From Luteolibacter sp. (GTDB taxonomy: Bacteria; Verrucomicrobiota; Verrucomicrobiia; Verrucomicrobiales; Akkermansiaceae), in the NCBI GenBank assembly GCA_031411755.1, contig JANOBS010000058.1:13206-77205 (forward strand): 64,000 nucleotides of DNA, in the 5' to 3' direction. Shown one piece after another: positions 27,143 to 34,821 of this stretch (its first letter is position 1; each line of letters starts with the position of its first letter). Both the position numbers and the translations under genes were made by a program. The notes beneath the pieces were generated by a model that was given only the letters and a program-made list of their open reading frames with translations, did not search any database and was not told where the DNA came from.

Positions 27143-28573
27143 TCAAATCCCGAGAATCGCCCCGGCGGTGGTGAAATAGATCACCATGCCGGAAACGTCG
27201 ACGATCGAGGCCAACGACGGCGCGGAAACGACGGCCGGATCGAGCTTGATGGCGCGGGCGCCGAGCGGCAGCAGCGCACCTAGAATGGTGGCGGAGAGAA
27301 CCTGCGTGGTGAGCGCCACAGCGACGGAAAGCGCCAGCCTGAGGAAACCGAACGAAGGGGGCTCGTGGTTGAAGCGCGGCAGCAGGAAGATGATGAACAC
27401 CGCCATGCACAGGCCGAGGGAGAGGCCTAGCAGAAGTCCGGTGCGGATCTCCTTGCTGGCGATGCGCAGCGCGGCACCGGGCGCGATTTCCCCGAGCGAC
27501 ATGGCGCGGATGACCATCGTGGCAGCCTGCCCGCCGCTGTTTCCTCCGGCGGCGACGACCATTGGCAGGAAAAGGGAAAGGACGAAGGCGTTGCTGAGGA
27601 TCGCGCTGAAACGGAACATCACGTAGCCGGAAATGATCGAGACGAATGCAAGCCCGACCAACCAGATGACGCGGCGCCGGAAGTGGCTGATGACCGTGGT
27701 ATTGAGGTAGGAAAGCTCGGACTGCTCGCCACCGATACCGGCGAGTTTTTCAAGGTCCTCCGTGGATTCCTCCTGCATGATCTCGAGCGCGTCATCGTAG
27801 GTCAGCACGCCTAACAGATGATCGAACTCGTCGACGACCGGCAACACGATGAGGTCGTATTTCGAAAGCATCCGCGCGGCTTCTTCCTGGTCGGCGGTGG
27901 CGAGTATGCGCTCGTCGGCCTCCTGCATGATGTCGTGGACCGGCGTGTCCCAGGTGTTGAATGCGAGATCGCGCAGCCGGACTTTCCCGACGAGGCGGCC
28001 CTCCTCATCGACCACGAAAATGCGCGCCAGAGTTTCGGTGTCCTCCAGCTCCCGGCGCAGCACGACGACGGCCTGTTTTACCGTCATGTCCGCCGTGATG
28101 CGGCCGATGTGGGTGGTCATGCGCCCGCCGGCGGTGTCCTCGCCGTATTTCAGCAGGCTGCGGGTGAGCTCCTTGTCGTCAGGTCCGAGCAGGGAAAAGA
28201 AGCGCCGCTGGGATTCCTCGCTGACGACCTGAAATACGTCCACGCGGTCGTCGTCGGAAAGGTTGGCAAGCAGGAAGCGGAGCTGAGCCGGCTTGAAATG
28301 ATGGAGCGCGTCCTCGACGAGCGACTGGGGCAGTTCCGCGATGACATCGGTGGCCAGCTCAGGCCCGATGGTCTTCATCAGGAAGTCCCGCTGTCCGTCG
28401 TTGAGGTTCTCGTAAAGATGTGCCAGGTCCGCGTAGTGGAGTTGCCCGGCGGCCAGGAGCAGGCCCGATCCATCACCTGCCTCGATCGCCCGAATCAGGT
28501 CTTCTGCTGGTTCGGTTTCAATCTCGTCGGGCACGGCGCGAAGCTGTCGCACGGAGACGGTGGCGACAAGCAA
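27143..28573 (-). CDS. mgtE: Magnesium transporter MgtE
   Basis: N-domain, a CBS pair ('VHDIMQEADERILA...VLPVVDEFDHLLGVLTYDD') and a five-helix TM domain with 'AGGNSGGQAATM'. Confidence 0.9.
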   Translation of the reverse strand: MLVATVSVRQLRAVPDEIETEPAEDLIRAIEAGDGSGLLLAAGQLHYADLAHLYENLNDGQRDFLMKTIGPELATDVIAELPQSLVEDALHHFKPAQLRFLLANLSDDDRVDVFQVVSEESQRRFFSLLGPDDKELTRSLLKYGEDTAGGRMTTHIGRITADMTVKQAVVVLRRELEDTETLARIFVVDEEGRLVGKVRLRDLAFNTWDTPVHDIMQEADERILATADQEEAARMLSKYDLIVLPVVDEFDHLLGVLTYDDALEIMQEESTEDLEKLAGIGGEQSELSYLNTTVISHFRRRVIWLVGLAFVSIISGYVMFRFSAILSNAFVLSLFLPMVVAAGGNSGGQAATMVIRAMSLGEIAPGAALRIASKEIRTGLLLGLSLGLCMAVFIIFLLPRFNHEPPSFGFLRLALSVAVALTTQVLSATILGALLPLGARAIKLDPAVVSAPSLASIVDVSGMVIYFTTAGAILGI

Positions 28574-28584
28574 AACGGCGAAGT

Positions 28585-29712
28585 CTATCGAGGCGGCGTG
28601 GATCGGTCGGGCGCGGGTGCTGCCGGTGCCTTTTTCTCAGTGAGCACGGCCTCGACGGTCAGTTCTACGAATGAGCCCGGAGCGCCCCAGAAGCGGATCT
28701 TCCGGTCACCATCGAGCACATACACCACCGGCCGGGCCCCGATGCGGAACTGCTTGGCGGCTTTTCCTTCCGGGTCTGAAAAATTCGGCCAGGTGATGCG
28801 GCCCTTTTCACTGGCCTGCATCATCCGCAGCGTGGTGACCGGATCGTTGTTCACGCCGACGAGGGCAAAGGGCTTGTCAGCGAATTTCTGTTGAAGAGTG
28901 GCGCAATATTCAAGGGTCCGCTCGGCCTCCGGCATGTCGCTGCCCCAGAACAGAAGTACCACGACCTTGCCCTTGAAATCGGAGAGCTTCATCGGCCTGC
29001 CGCCCGAGTCGACCCCTTCGAGTTCCGGTGCCTCGCGGCCCTTGCTGAGGTTGCTGATGATGTAGAGCTCGTCCTCGGCGAGGCGGGAAATCGGGATGCC
29101 ATCGACCTCTTCGGTCGCGCTGTTGATGATCGCCTTGCGGATCAGCGTGAGTCGCTTGCGAATGACCTCAACTTCGTCGCCGAAGCCCTTCAACAGCATG
29201 GCCTGGGCCAGCGCCGCCACGCCCTGGACTTTCGGGTCGGGGTTCTGGGTCTGGATTTTTTCCAGCAGGGCGAGGGACTCCGGATCCTGGCTGGAGACCA
29301 AGGCGAGGCAGATGGGGTTGAGCTTCGGACTGAGAAGGTGCTGCTTTTCCACGGCCTGGCGGATCGCCTTGGCGGCCTCGGTCATGGCGGGAGCGGTGGT
29401 GCCATCCGGACGTGTTTCAACGACACCTGGAGAAATCCGCAACAGCCACGCGGCGGGCTCGAGCGTCCAGTCTTCGGCGAGCGATGGCCTGAGGCAGCCC
29501 CACATGCGGCGGGCGTAGTCGCTGAGGTTCGGACGTTGCTTCCAGAGTTCCCGCTGGCTTTCGGGAGACGCCGCGACTTTCAATTTCAACTGCCAGGCCT
29601 CCGTCGCCAGAGTCAGCTCCTTGCGGATTTGCGCGGCCTCACCGGGAGAGCCGGCGAACGCCTGCGAAAGCGTCAGGAGCAGGAGGGGGAAAACGCGGCG
29701 CAATATTTGCAT
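28585..29712 (-). CDS. Secreted TlpA/thioredoxin-fold protein lacking the CxxC active site
   Basis: Signal peptide. The C-terminal 'KGKVVVLLFWGSDMPEAERTLEYCATLQQKFADKPFALVGVNND' matches TlpA-like redoxins, but WCxxC is replaced by 'WGSDMPE'. It lies 11 nt upstream of mgtE. Confidence 0.55.
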   Translation of the reverse strand: MQILRRVFPLLLLTLSQAFAGSPGEAAQIRKELTLATEAWQLKLKVAASPESQRELWKQRPNLSDYARRMWGCLRPSLAEDWTLEPAAWLLRISPGVVETRPDGTTAPAMTEAAKAIRQAVEKQHLLSPKLNPICLALVSSQDPESLALLEKIQTQNPDPKVQGVAALAQAMLLKGFGDEVEVIRKRLTLIRKAIINSATEEVDGIPISRLAEDELYIISNLSKGREAPELEGVDSGGRPMKLSDFKGKVVVLLFWGSDMPEAERTLEYCATLQQKFADKPFALVGVNNDPVTTLRMMQASEKGRITWPNFSDPEGKAAKQFRIGARPVVYVLDGDRKIRFWGAPGSFVELTVEAVLTEKKAPAAPAPDRSTPPR

Positions 29713-29807
29713 GGCCCCACTTTAGCGAGCGGGTCGTCGTTCGCGCAATCTCTTCTCTCGGCGGTTGAGTCTTGCCAGCCTCCGCCCGGCTCTGGAGTCT
29801 TCCGCCC

Positions 29808-30101
29808 ATGTCGAAGCCGCACATCGATGTCCGTTACGTCGCGAACCTCGCCCGCCTCGAATTGAACGAGGAGGAAGTCGCGGAATTTCAAGGCCAGCTC
29901 GACGCCATCCTCGGCTACGTGGAAACGATCTCCCAGCTCGACGTTTCCGGCATCGAGCCGACCGCCTATCCCTCGCCGGTGTTCGACCGCATGCGCGACG
30001 ACGAGCCGCACGAAAGCCTGCCGCTGGCCGCCGTGCTCCAGAACGCGCCCGACCAGGCGCAGAACCAGATCCGTGTCCCGAAAGTCGTTGCCGACGCCTG
30101 A
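29808..30101 (+). CDS. gatC: Asp/Glu-tRNA amidotransferase subunit C
   Basis: Start at ATG 29808. 'VRYVANLARLELNEEEVAEFQGQLDAILGYVETISQLDVSGIEPT'. Confidence 0.9.
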   Translation: MSKPHIDVRYVANLARLELNEEEVAEFQGQLDAILGYVETISQLDVSGIEPTAYPSPVFDRMRDDEPHESLPLAAVLQNAPDQAQNQIRVPKVVADA

Positions 30102-30114
30102 ATCTTTTCCCGCC

Positions 30115-31521
30115 ATGTCACTCCTTTCCCTTCGCGACCAGCTCCGCAGCGGCAGCGTCACTCCCAACGGCCTCCTCGACGACCTCGCTGGAAAAATCGC
30201 CAGCCTCGACCCTGAAATCGGCGCCTACCTGAGCCACGACCTCGCCGCCGCGAAAGCTGAGGCCTCCGCTGTGGATCTCTCGCTGCCGCTCGGTGGCATT
30301 CCGATCGCCATCAAGGACAACATGAATGTCCTCGGCCAGCCCTGCACCTGCGGCTCGAAGTTCCTCTCGGAAAACTACACCTCGCCCTACGACGCCACCG
30401 TCATCCGCAAGCTCCGCGCCGCCGGGGCGATTCCGTTCGGCCGGCTGAACATGGACGAGTTCGCGATGGGCTCCGCCACGGAAAACTCCGCGCTCCAAAT
30501 CACACGGAACCCCCACGACCTCGACCGCATCCCCGGCGGCTCGTCCGGAGGCTCCGCCGCTGCGGTTGCGTCCGGCACGGCCTTCGCGGCTCTCGGCTCC
30601 GACACCGGTGGCTCGATTCGCCAGCCTGCCTCGCACTGCGGGATCGTCGGGCTGAAGCCTTCCTACGGTCGCGTTTCCCGCTTTGGGCTTGTCGCCTTCG
30701 CCTCGTCGCTCGACCAGATCGGGCCGATGACCCAGACCGTCGAGGACGCGGCACTGCTGCTGGGAGCGATCGCTGGATACGATCCACAGGACTCCACCTC
30801 GTTGGATCGCCCGGTGCCGGACTACCTCGCAATGCTCAATGACGGCGTGAAGGGCCTGAAAATCGGCCTGCCTAAGGAGTATTTCGGGGATGGGATCGAC
30901 CCCGGTGTCCGCGAGCTCGTCATGGCTGCCGCGAATAAGCTCGCCGCCGCCGGAGCCGAGTTGGTGGAAATTTCCCTGCCTCATACCGAATACGCCGTGG
31001 CGACCTACTACGTCATCGCCCCGGCCGAGGCATCCTCGAATCTCTCCCGTTTCGACGGCATCCGCTACGGCCACCGTGCCGCGAATCCCGCCGATCTGCT
31101 CGATCTTTACCGTCGCTCCCGCGAAGAGGGCTTCGGCCCGGAAGTGAAACGCCGCATCATTCTCGGAACTTACGTCCTGTCCTCCGGTTACCACGACGCC
31201 TATTATACCAAGGCGCAAAAAGTCCGGACCCTGATCCGCCGGGATTTCGAGACCGCCTTCGAAACCGTCGATGCGGTCCTCTCTCCCGTTGCTCCATCGC
31301 CCGCCCGCAAGCTCGGCGAGTCGGCCCACGATCCCTTGAGCGAATACCTCTCCGACATCTTCACCCTCGCCGCGAACCTGGCCGGAAACTGCGCCATTTC
31401 CGTACCGTGCGGTACGGTCGCGTCCGATTCCGACACCCAGCTGCCGGTTGGCGTCCAAATCCTCGGCCCGCACTTTGGTGAGGCAAAGCTCCTCCAGATC
31501 GCCAAGGCGGTGGAGGGCTGA
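30115..31521 (+). CDS. gatA: Asp/Glu-tRNA amidotransferase subunit A
   Basis: Start at ATG 30115. Amidase signature 'GGSSGGSAAAVASGTAFAALGSDTGGSIRQPAS'. Confidence 0.95.
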   Translation: MSLLSLRDQLRSGSVTPNGLLDDLAGKIASLDPEIGAYLSHDLAAAKAEASAVDLSLPLGGIPIAIKDNMNVLGQPCTCGSKFLSENYTSPYDATVIRKLRAAGAIPFGRLNMDEFAMGSATENSALQITRNPHDLDRIPGGSSGGSAAAVASGTAFAALGSDTGGSIRQPASHCGIVGLKPSYGRVSRFGLVAFASSLDQIGPMTQTVEDAALLLGAIAGYDPQDSTSLDRPVPDYLAMLNDGVKGLKIGLPKEYFGDGIDPGVRELVMAAANKLAAAGAELVEISLPHTEYAVATYYVIAPAEASSNLSRFDGIRYGHRAANPADLLDLYRRSREEGFGPEVKRRIILGTYVLSSGYHDAYYTKAQKVRTLIRRDFETAFETVDAVLSPVAPSPARKLGESAHDPLSEYLSDIFTLAANLAGNCAISVPCGTVASDSDTQLPVGVQILGPHFGEAKLLQIAKAVEG

Positions 31522-31632
31522 AGTTCCAAATTCCAAGGGCCAAGTTCCAATAGAAGAGCAGACATCAGGGTCTTCCGACCTCCAATCCGCAATCCGCAAT
31601 CCCCAATTCGAATTTCTTCCCACTTTCCTCTT
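31521..31632. repeat. Heptanucleotide-phased tract (16 units) starting at the gatA stop codon
   Basis: Reads 'aagttcc|aaattcc|aagggcc|aagttcc|aatagaa|gagcaga|catcagg|gtcttcc|gacctcc|aatccgc|aatccgc|aatcccc|aattcga|atttctt|cccactt|tcctctt' in one register. Confidence 0.85.
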
Positions 31633-31667
31633 GCCACCCGGAGGCTGGCCCCTAGTCTGCCCGCCCC

Positions 31668-31877
31668 ATGCCAAGGACTGGAGGAAAAGCAAAAACACGG
31701 AAAGCCGTCGCAAAGCGGTTCAAGGTGACTGGTACGGGGAAGCTCCTGCGTCGCAAACAGGGTAAGCGCCACTTGCTGCAAAGCAAAAACCGCAAACGGA
31801 AGCGCTCATTGGGCAAATCCACTGTGGTGTGTGCCGCTGACCACAAGCGCGTGATGGAGAATCTTCCCTTCGCCTGA
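31668..31877 (+). CDS. rpmI: 50S ribosomal protein L35
   Basis: 'MPRTGGKAKTRKAVAKRFKVTGTGKLLRRKQGKRHLL'. Confidence 0.95.
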   Translation: MPRTGGKAKTRKAVAKRFKVTGTGKLLRRKQGKRHLLQSKNRKRKRSLGKSTVVCAADHKRVMENLPFA

Positions 31878-32020
31878 TCCAAAGAACGTCCGACGCAAAC
31901 CAACGCCCCCACCCGCGAATCGGGTGGTCTTCATGCAGCCTGTCCCTCACCGGATGCCCGAACAGGCGAGACTGCAGAAGAAACGATCAACCAACTGCCT
32001 GTTCGAACTGAAACAATACC

Positions 32021-32401
32021 ATGCCACGCGCCACCAATTCACCGGCCAGCCGCCAGCGCCGCAAGCGCGTCCTCCGGCGTGCGAAGGGCTTCCGCGGATT
32101 CCGCTCGAAGCTTTTTCGCTACGCAAAGGATGCCGTGCGGAAGGCGATGACCTACGAATACCGCGACCGCAAGAAGCGCAAGGGGCAGTTCCGTCGTTTG
32201 TGGATCCAGCGCATCAGCGCTGCCGTCCGCAACCAGGGAGTGACCTACAGCCGATTTGTCGAAGGCCTCAAGGCCGCCGGCATTGAGGCGGACCGCAAGA
32301 TCCTCGCCGATCTCGCTGTTCATGACGCCGCTGCGTTCTCGGCCATCGTTGCCCAGGTCAAGAAGGCCCTTGAGGCCAAGGCCGAAAAGGCCGCTGCCTG
32401 A
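32021..32401 (+). CDS. rplT: 50S ribosomal protein L20
   Basis: '[53 protein letters not shown]'. Confidence 0.95.
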   Translation: MPRATNSPASRQRRKRVLRRAKGFRGFRSKLFRYAKDAVRKAMTYEYRDRKKRKGQFRRLWIQRISAAVRNQGVTYSRFVEGLKAAGIEADRKILADLAVHDAAAFSAIVAQVKKALEAKAEKAAA

Positions 32402-32425
32402 AGCGACTGACTGAAACCAATCCAA

Positions 32426-32460
32426 ACGCCGCCCGGTCTCGTACCGGGCGGCGTTTTTTG
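32426..32460 (+). terminator. Rho-independent terminator of rpmI-rplT
   Basis: 'acgccgcccgg-tctcgta-ccgggcggcgt' followed by 'tttttg'. Confidence 0.8.
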
Positions 32461-32470
32461 TTTGTACCCT

Positions 32471-32670
32471 GGAGTGCGGCGGGAAGTGAAACGCCACGCC
32501 GCTTTCAGATGCCTAGTTGATTTGCATCCGCCTTGGGAGTACCAGTCCGTCTCAAACAACCGCTGATAATCTGCTGGTCCGTGAATGACGAACTGCGACC
32601 GAGAAGAGAGGACGATCGTCCATCCCGCATGCCAAAGCGGCGTGGCGCTTCGCTTCCCGCCGCACTCCAA
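32471..32670. repeat. MITE-like element, copy 1 (about 42-nt terminal inverted repeats around a ~115-nt core)
   Basis: The left arm 'ggagtgcggcgggaagtgaaacgccacgccgctttcagatgc' matches the reverse complement of the right arm 'gcatgccaaagcggcgtggcgcttcgcttcccgccgcactcc' at about 37/42. It is homologous to 51409-51613, in the opposite orientation. Confidence 0.75.
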
Positions 32671-32821
32671 GGTCCAGATGCCGTTCGAAACCCTGCCGGG
32701 CGGCGTTTTTTTGGTGATCGACTGGGATCCGTGCAGATGATGAAGGTCCATGATCTGCCGGATGAATCGTCGAGGTTCTCCGGTCGAGACGGCACAGGAA
32801 GTATCCAGCCTTCGCTCCACC

Positions 32822-33271
32822 ATGTTAGATGCTCCACCGCAGCCGAAAATCAGCTTCCTCCGCACGAGGCGGTTCTGGCTCCGCTGGGCGGTCCCGGGGT
32901 TGCTGCTGGCGTTGTGGGTGGAGGGGATGTTGTTTGAGCAAAATGTTGGGCTCATCGTATATACCACCTCCTCCTTGGTCGTTTATTCCCTGGAGATAAG
33001 CGACGGCTCCGTGTCGTTTTTGGTGAATGGCGAGATGGCTTCACCAAGCGAAATTGTTAGTCTTAAATGGGACAATTTGGACGCAGCCTTTAGGTGGAAC
33101 CCGGGATTCGAGCCGTTTCCGAAGGCATATCGCTGTGAAGGAGCTGAAGGCTCAGATGCAGGCTTTAGCCGGTGCATCACGATTCCCCTCTGGCTCCCGC
33201 TCATCCTCTGGCTGCTCATCGCGCACCTCTGGTTCAGACACCTGAGGCGGAAACAAGCTGCGCTCCCGTAA
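32822..33271 (+). CDS. Hypothetical protein with N- and C-terminal hydrophobic helices
   Basis: From ORF 32750..33271; start at ATG 32822. 'FWLRWAVPGLLLALWVEG' and 'ITIPLWLPLILWLLIAHLWF'. G+C is lower than in the flanks. No family recognised, and it could be non-coding. Confidence 0.35.
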   Translation: MLDAPPQPKISFLRTRRFWLRWAVPGLLLALWVEGMLFEQNVGLIVYTTSSLVVYSLEISDGSVSFLVNGEMASPSEIVSLKWDNLDAAFRWNPGFEPFPKAYRCEGAEGSDAGFSRCITIPLWLPLILWLLIAHLWFRHLRRKQAALP

Positions 33272-33314
33272 CAGGCCTTGGTGTTGACAATGGCACTCGC
33301 TTTCCTCTCGTGAG

Positions 33315-33420
33315 GTCTGAAGGCCAAAGGCCTGTTCCATACCAGCCTGCGGGCAACGCCCCAGGTTTCGGGGCTGATAGTTTCCCGAGGGTTGAAGGCC
33401 CGTTCCATTCTGATGCTGGT
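33315..33420. repeat. Short intergenic repeat with an internal duplication of 'tgaaggcc..gttccat'
   Basis: 'tgaaggccaaaggcctgttccat' (33318) recurs as 'tgaaggcccgttccat' (33393). The sequence between them is 'accagcctgcgggcaacgccccaggtttcgg'. Confidence 0.5.
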
Positions 33421-33466
33421 TCGACGTGCGACCACTGAAACCGATCGGCCGGCCGGCGTTTTTGTG

Positions 33467-33698
33467 GGCAGGGACTCGGCCTCCGGACGGTCCGGCGGGG
33501 GTAGACTCACCCGTTCCAACGAGATTCGATTCCCCATCGAGCGGATTTCAACAATCGCATCGATAGGTTCGGAAGCGCCTGAATCCCATATCGACCGCCA
33601 CCCGCCGGACCGTCCGGAATGCAGGAAGCCGTCATCACGGCGGTCCAGAATGCCGCGGGCCAGATCGGTATTGCGTGAGCGCAAGTCGAGTCCCTGCC
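33467..33698. other. Nested long-range inverted repeats (candidate structured RNA or palindromic DNA element)
   Basis: The outer pair is 'ggcagggactcg' (33467-33478) with 'cgagtccctgcc' (33687-33698). The inner perfect 17-nt pair is 'ccggacggtccggcggg' (33483-33499) with 'cccgccggaccgtccgg' (33601-33617). Confidence 0.5.
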
Positions 33699-33700
33699 AC

Positions 33701-33737
33701 AAAAAAAGCCTCACCTCGTGAGAGATGCGGCTTTTTG
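33701..33737 (-). terminator. Terminator of rplM-rpsI (bidirectional A-tract / hairpin / T-tract)
   Basis: The minus strand reads 'aaaaagcc-gcatctctcacgaggtgag-gc' followed by 'ttttttt'. It lies 22 nt after the rpsI stop. Confidence 0.6.
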
Positions 33738-33758
33738 AAAAACGGACTCGAAGGTCGA

Positions 33759-34154
33759 TCAACGCTTGGAGAACTGGAAGCGGGCGCGGGCGCCGGGCTG
33801 ACCGTACTTCTTGCGTTCCTTCATGCGAGGGTCACGGGTGAGGAAGCCCTTTGGCTTGATCAGCTTGCGCGTCTCGGGATCGTACTGGGTCAGCGCACGC
33901 GAGATGGCGTGGCGGATGGCGATCACCTGGGCGTGCGGTCCGCCGCCCTTGACGATGACGTTGACATCGAACTTGTTGACGAGCACGGCCACCTGGAAGG
34001 GAGCGAGGACTGCGTTCTGGAGTTCGACGGTCGGAACGTATTCCTCGAAGATACGGCCGTTGATGGTGATCTGGCCGGTTCCTTCAGTCATCCAAACGTG
34101 GGCGACTGCGGTTTTGCGGCGACCAGTGGCGCTTTGTGTCGTGGTGGCGGACAT
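33759..34154 (-). CDS. rpsI: 30S ribosomal protein S9
   Basis: 'GRRKTAVAHVWM...GGGPHAQVIAIRHAISRAL...DPRMKERKKYGQPGARARFQFSKR'. Confidence 0.95.
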   Translation of the reverse strand: MSATTTQSATGRRKTAVAHVWMTEGTGQITINGRIFEEYVPTVELQNAVLAPFQVAVLVNKFDVNVIVKGGGPHAQVIAIRHAISRALTQYDPETRKLIKPKGFLTRDPRMKERKKYGQPGARARFQFSKR

Positions 34155-34172
34155 GTGGGAGAGTCGTGAAAA

Positions 34173-34604
34173 TTAGCGGACCTCGAAAGCAGCTGGCTTC
34201 TGGGCTTCGTGCGGATGCTCGGCACCGGCGTAGACCTTCAGCTTGGTGTATTGGGCGCGGCCGAGGGGATTCTTCGGAAGCATGCCCCAGACGGCGTTTT
34301 CAACGAGGAGAACCGGACGACGCTCGCGGACCATGCGGGGAGTTTCGACCTTCTGGCCACCGACGTATCCGGAGAAACGGGTGTAGATCTTGTCGATTTC
34401 CTTGGTGCCGGAGAAGCGGACCTGGTCGGCGTTGATGACGATGACGAAGTCACCGGTGTCGACATGCGACGTGAAGATCGGCTTGTGCTTGCCGCGCAGA
34501 AGGCGGGCTGCCTCAACGGCGACCTGACCGAGGATCTTGTCCTTGGCGTCGATGACATACCAGTCGCGCACGACTTCGTGAGGCTTGGCGGAAAACGTTT
34601 TCAT
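34173..34604 (-). CDS. rplM: 50S ribosomal protein L13
   Basis: '[47 protein letters not shown]'. Confidence 0.95.
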   Translation of the reverse strand: MKTFSAKPHEVVRDWYVIDAKDKILGQVAVEAARLLRGKHKPIFTSHVDTGDFVIVINADQVRFSGTKEIDKIYTRFSGYVGGQKVETPRMVRERRPVLLVENAVWGMLPKNPLGRAQYTKLKVYAGAEHPHEAQKPAAFEVR

Positions 34605-34821
34605 GGCAAATCGTAAAATCCCTCCGGAAGACGCAGTCAGTTGCCTACGGGCGAAGGGGGGCGCAACTTAGGGACCACCCATGGGGGTGTCAACCGGGAA
34701 ATCGCCACGGTTTCGGGAAAAAGTTCCGCTTCCGGATCCTGGCCTTCCGTGGGTCGACTGGAAAGCGGGAAAGTCAGCGTTGGTCTTGACGGATGGCGAT
34801 GAACGGAAGAACGGGTGACCC

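Noticed and set aside
28574-28584. M-box (Mg2+) riboswitch upstream of mgtE
   Set aside because: Only 11 nt separate mgtE from the preceding gene, so there is no room for a riboswitch.
32983-33762. 259-aa ORF on the minus strand between rplT and rpsI
   Set aside because: It runs through the repeat at 33315-33420, the nested inverted repeats and the rpsI terminator. Its sequence is repeat-derived ('NPRETISPETWGVARRLVWNRPLAFRP') and has no coding features.
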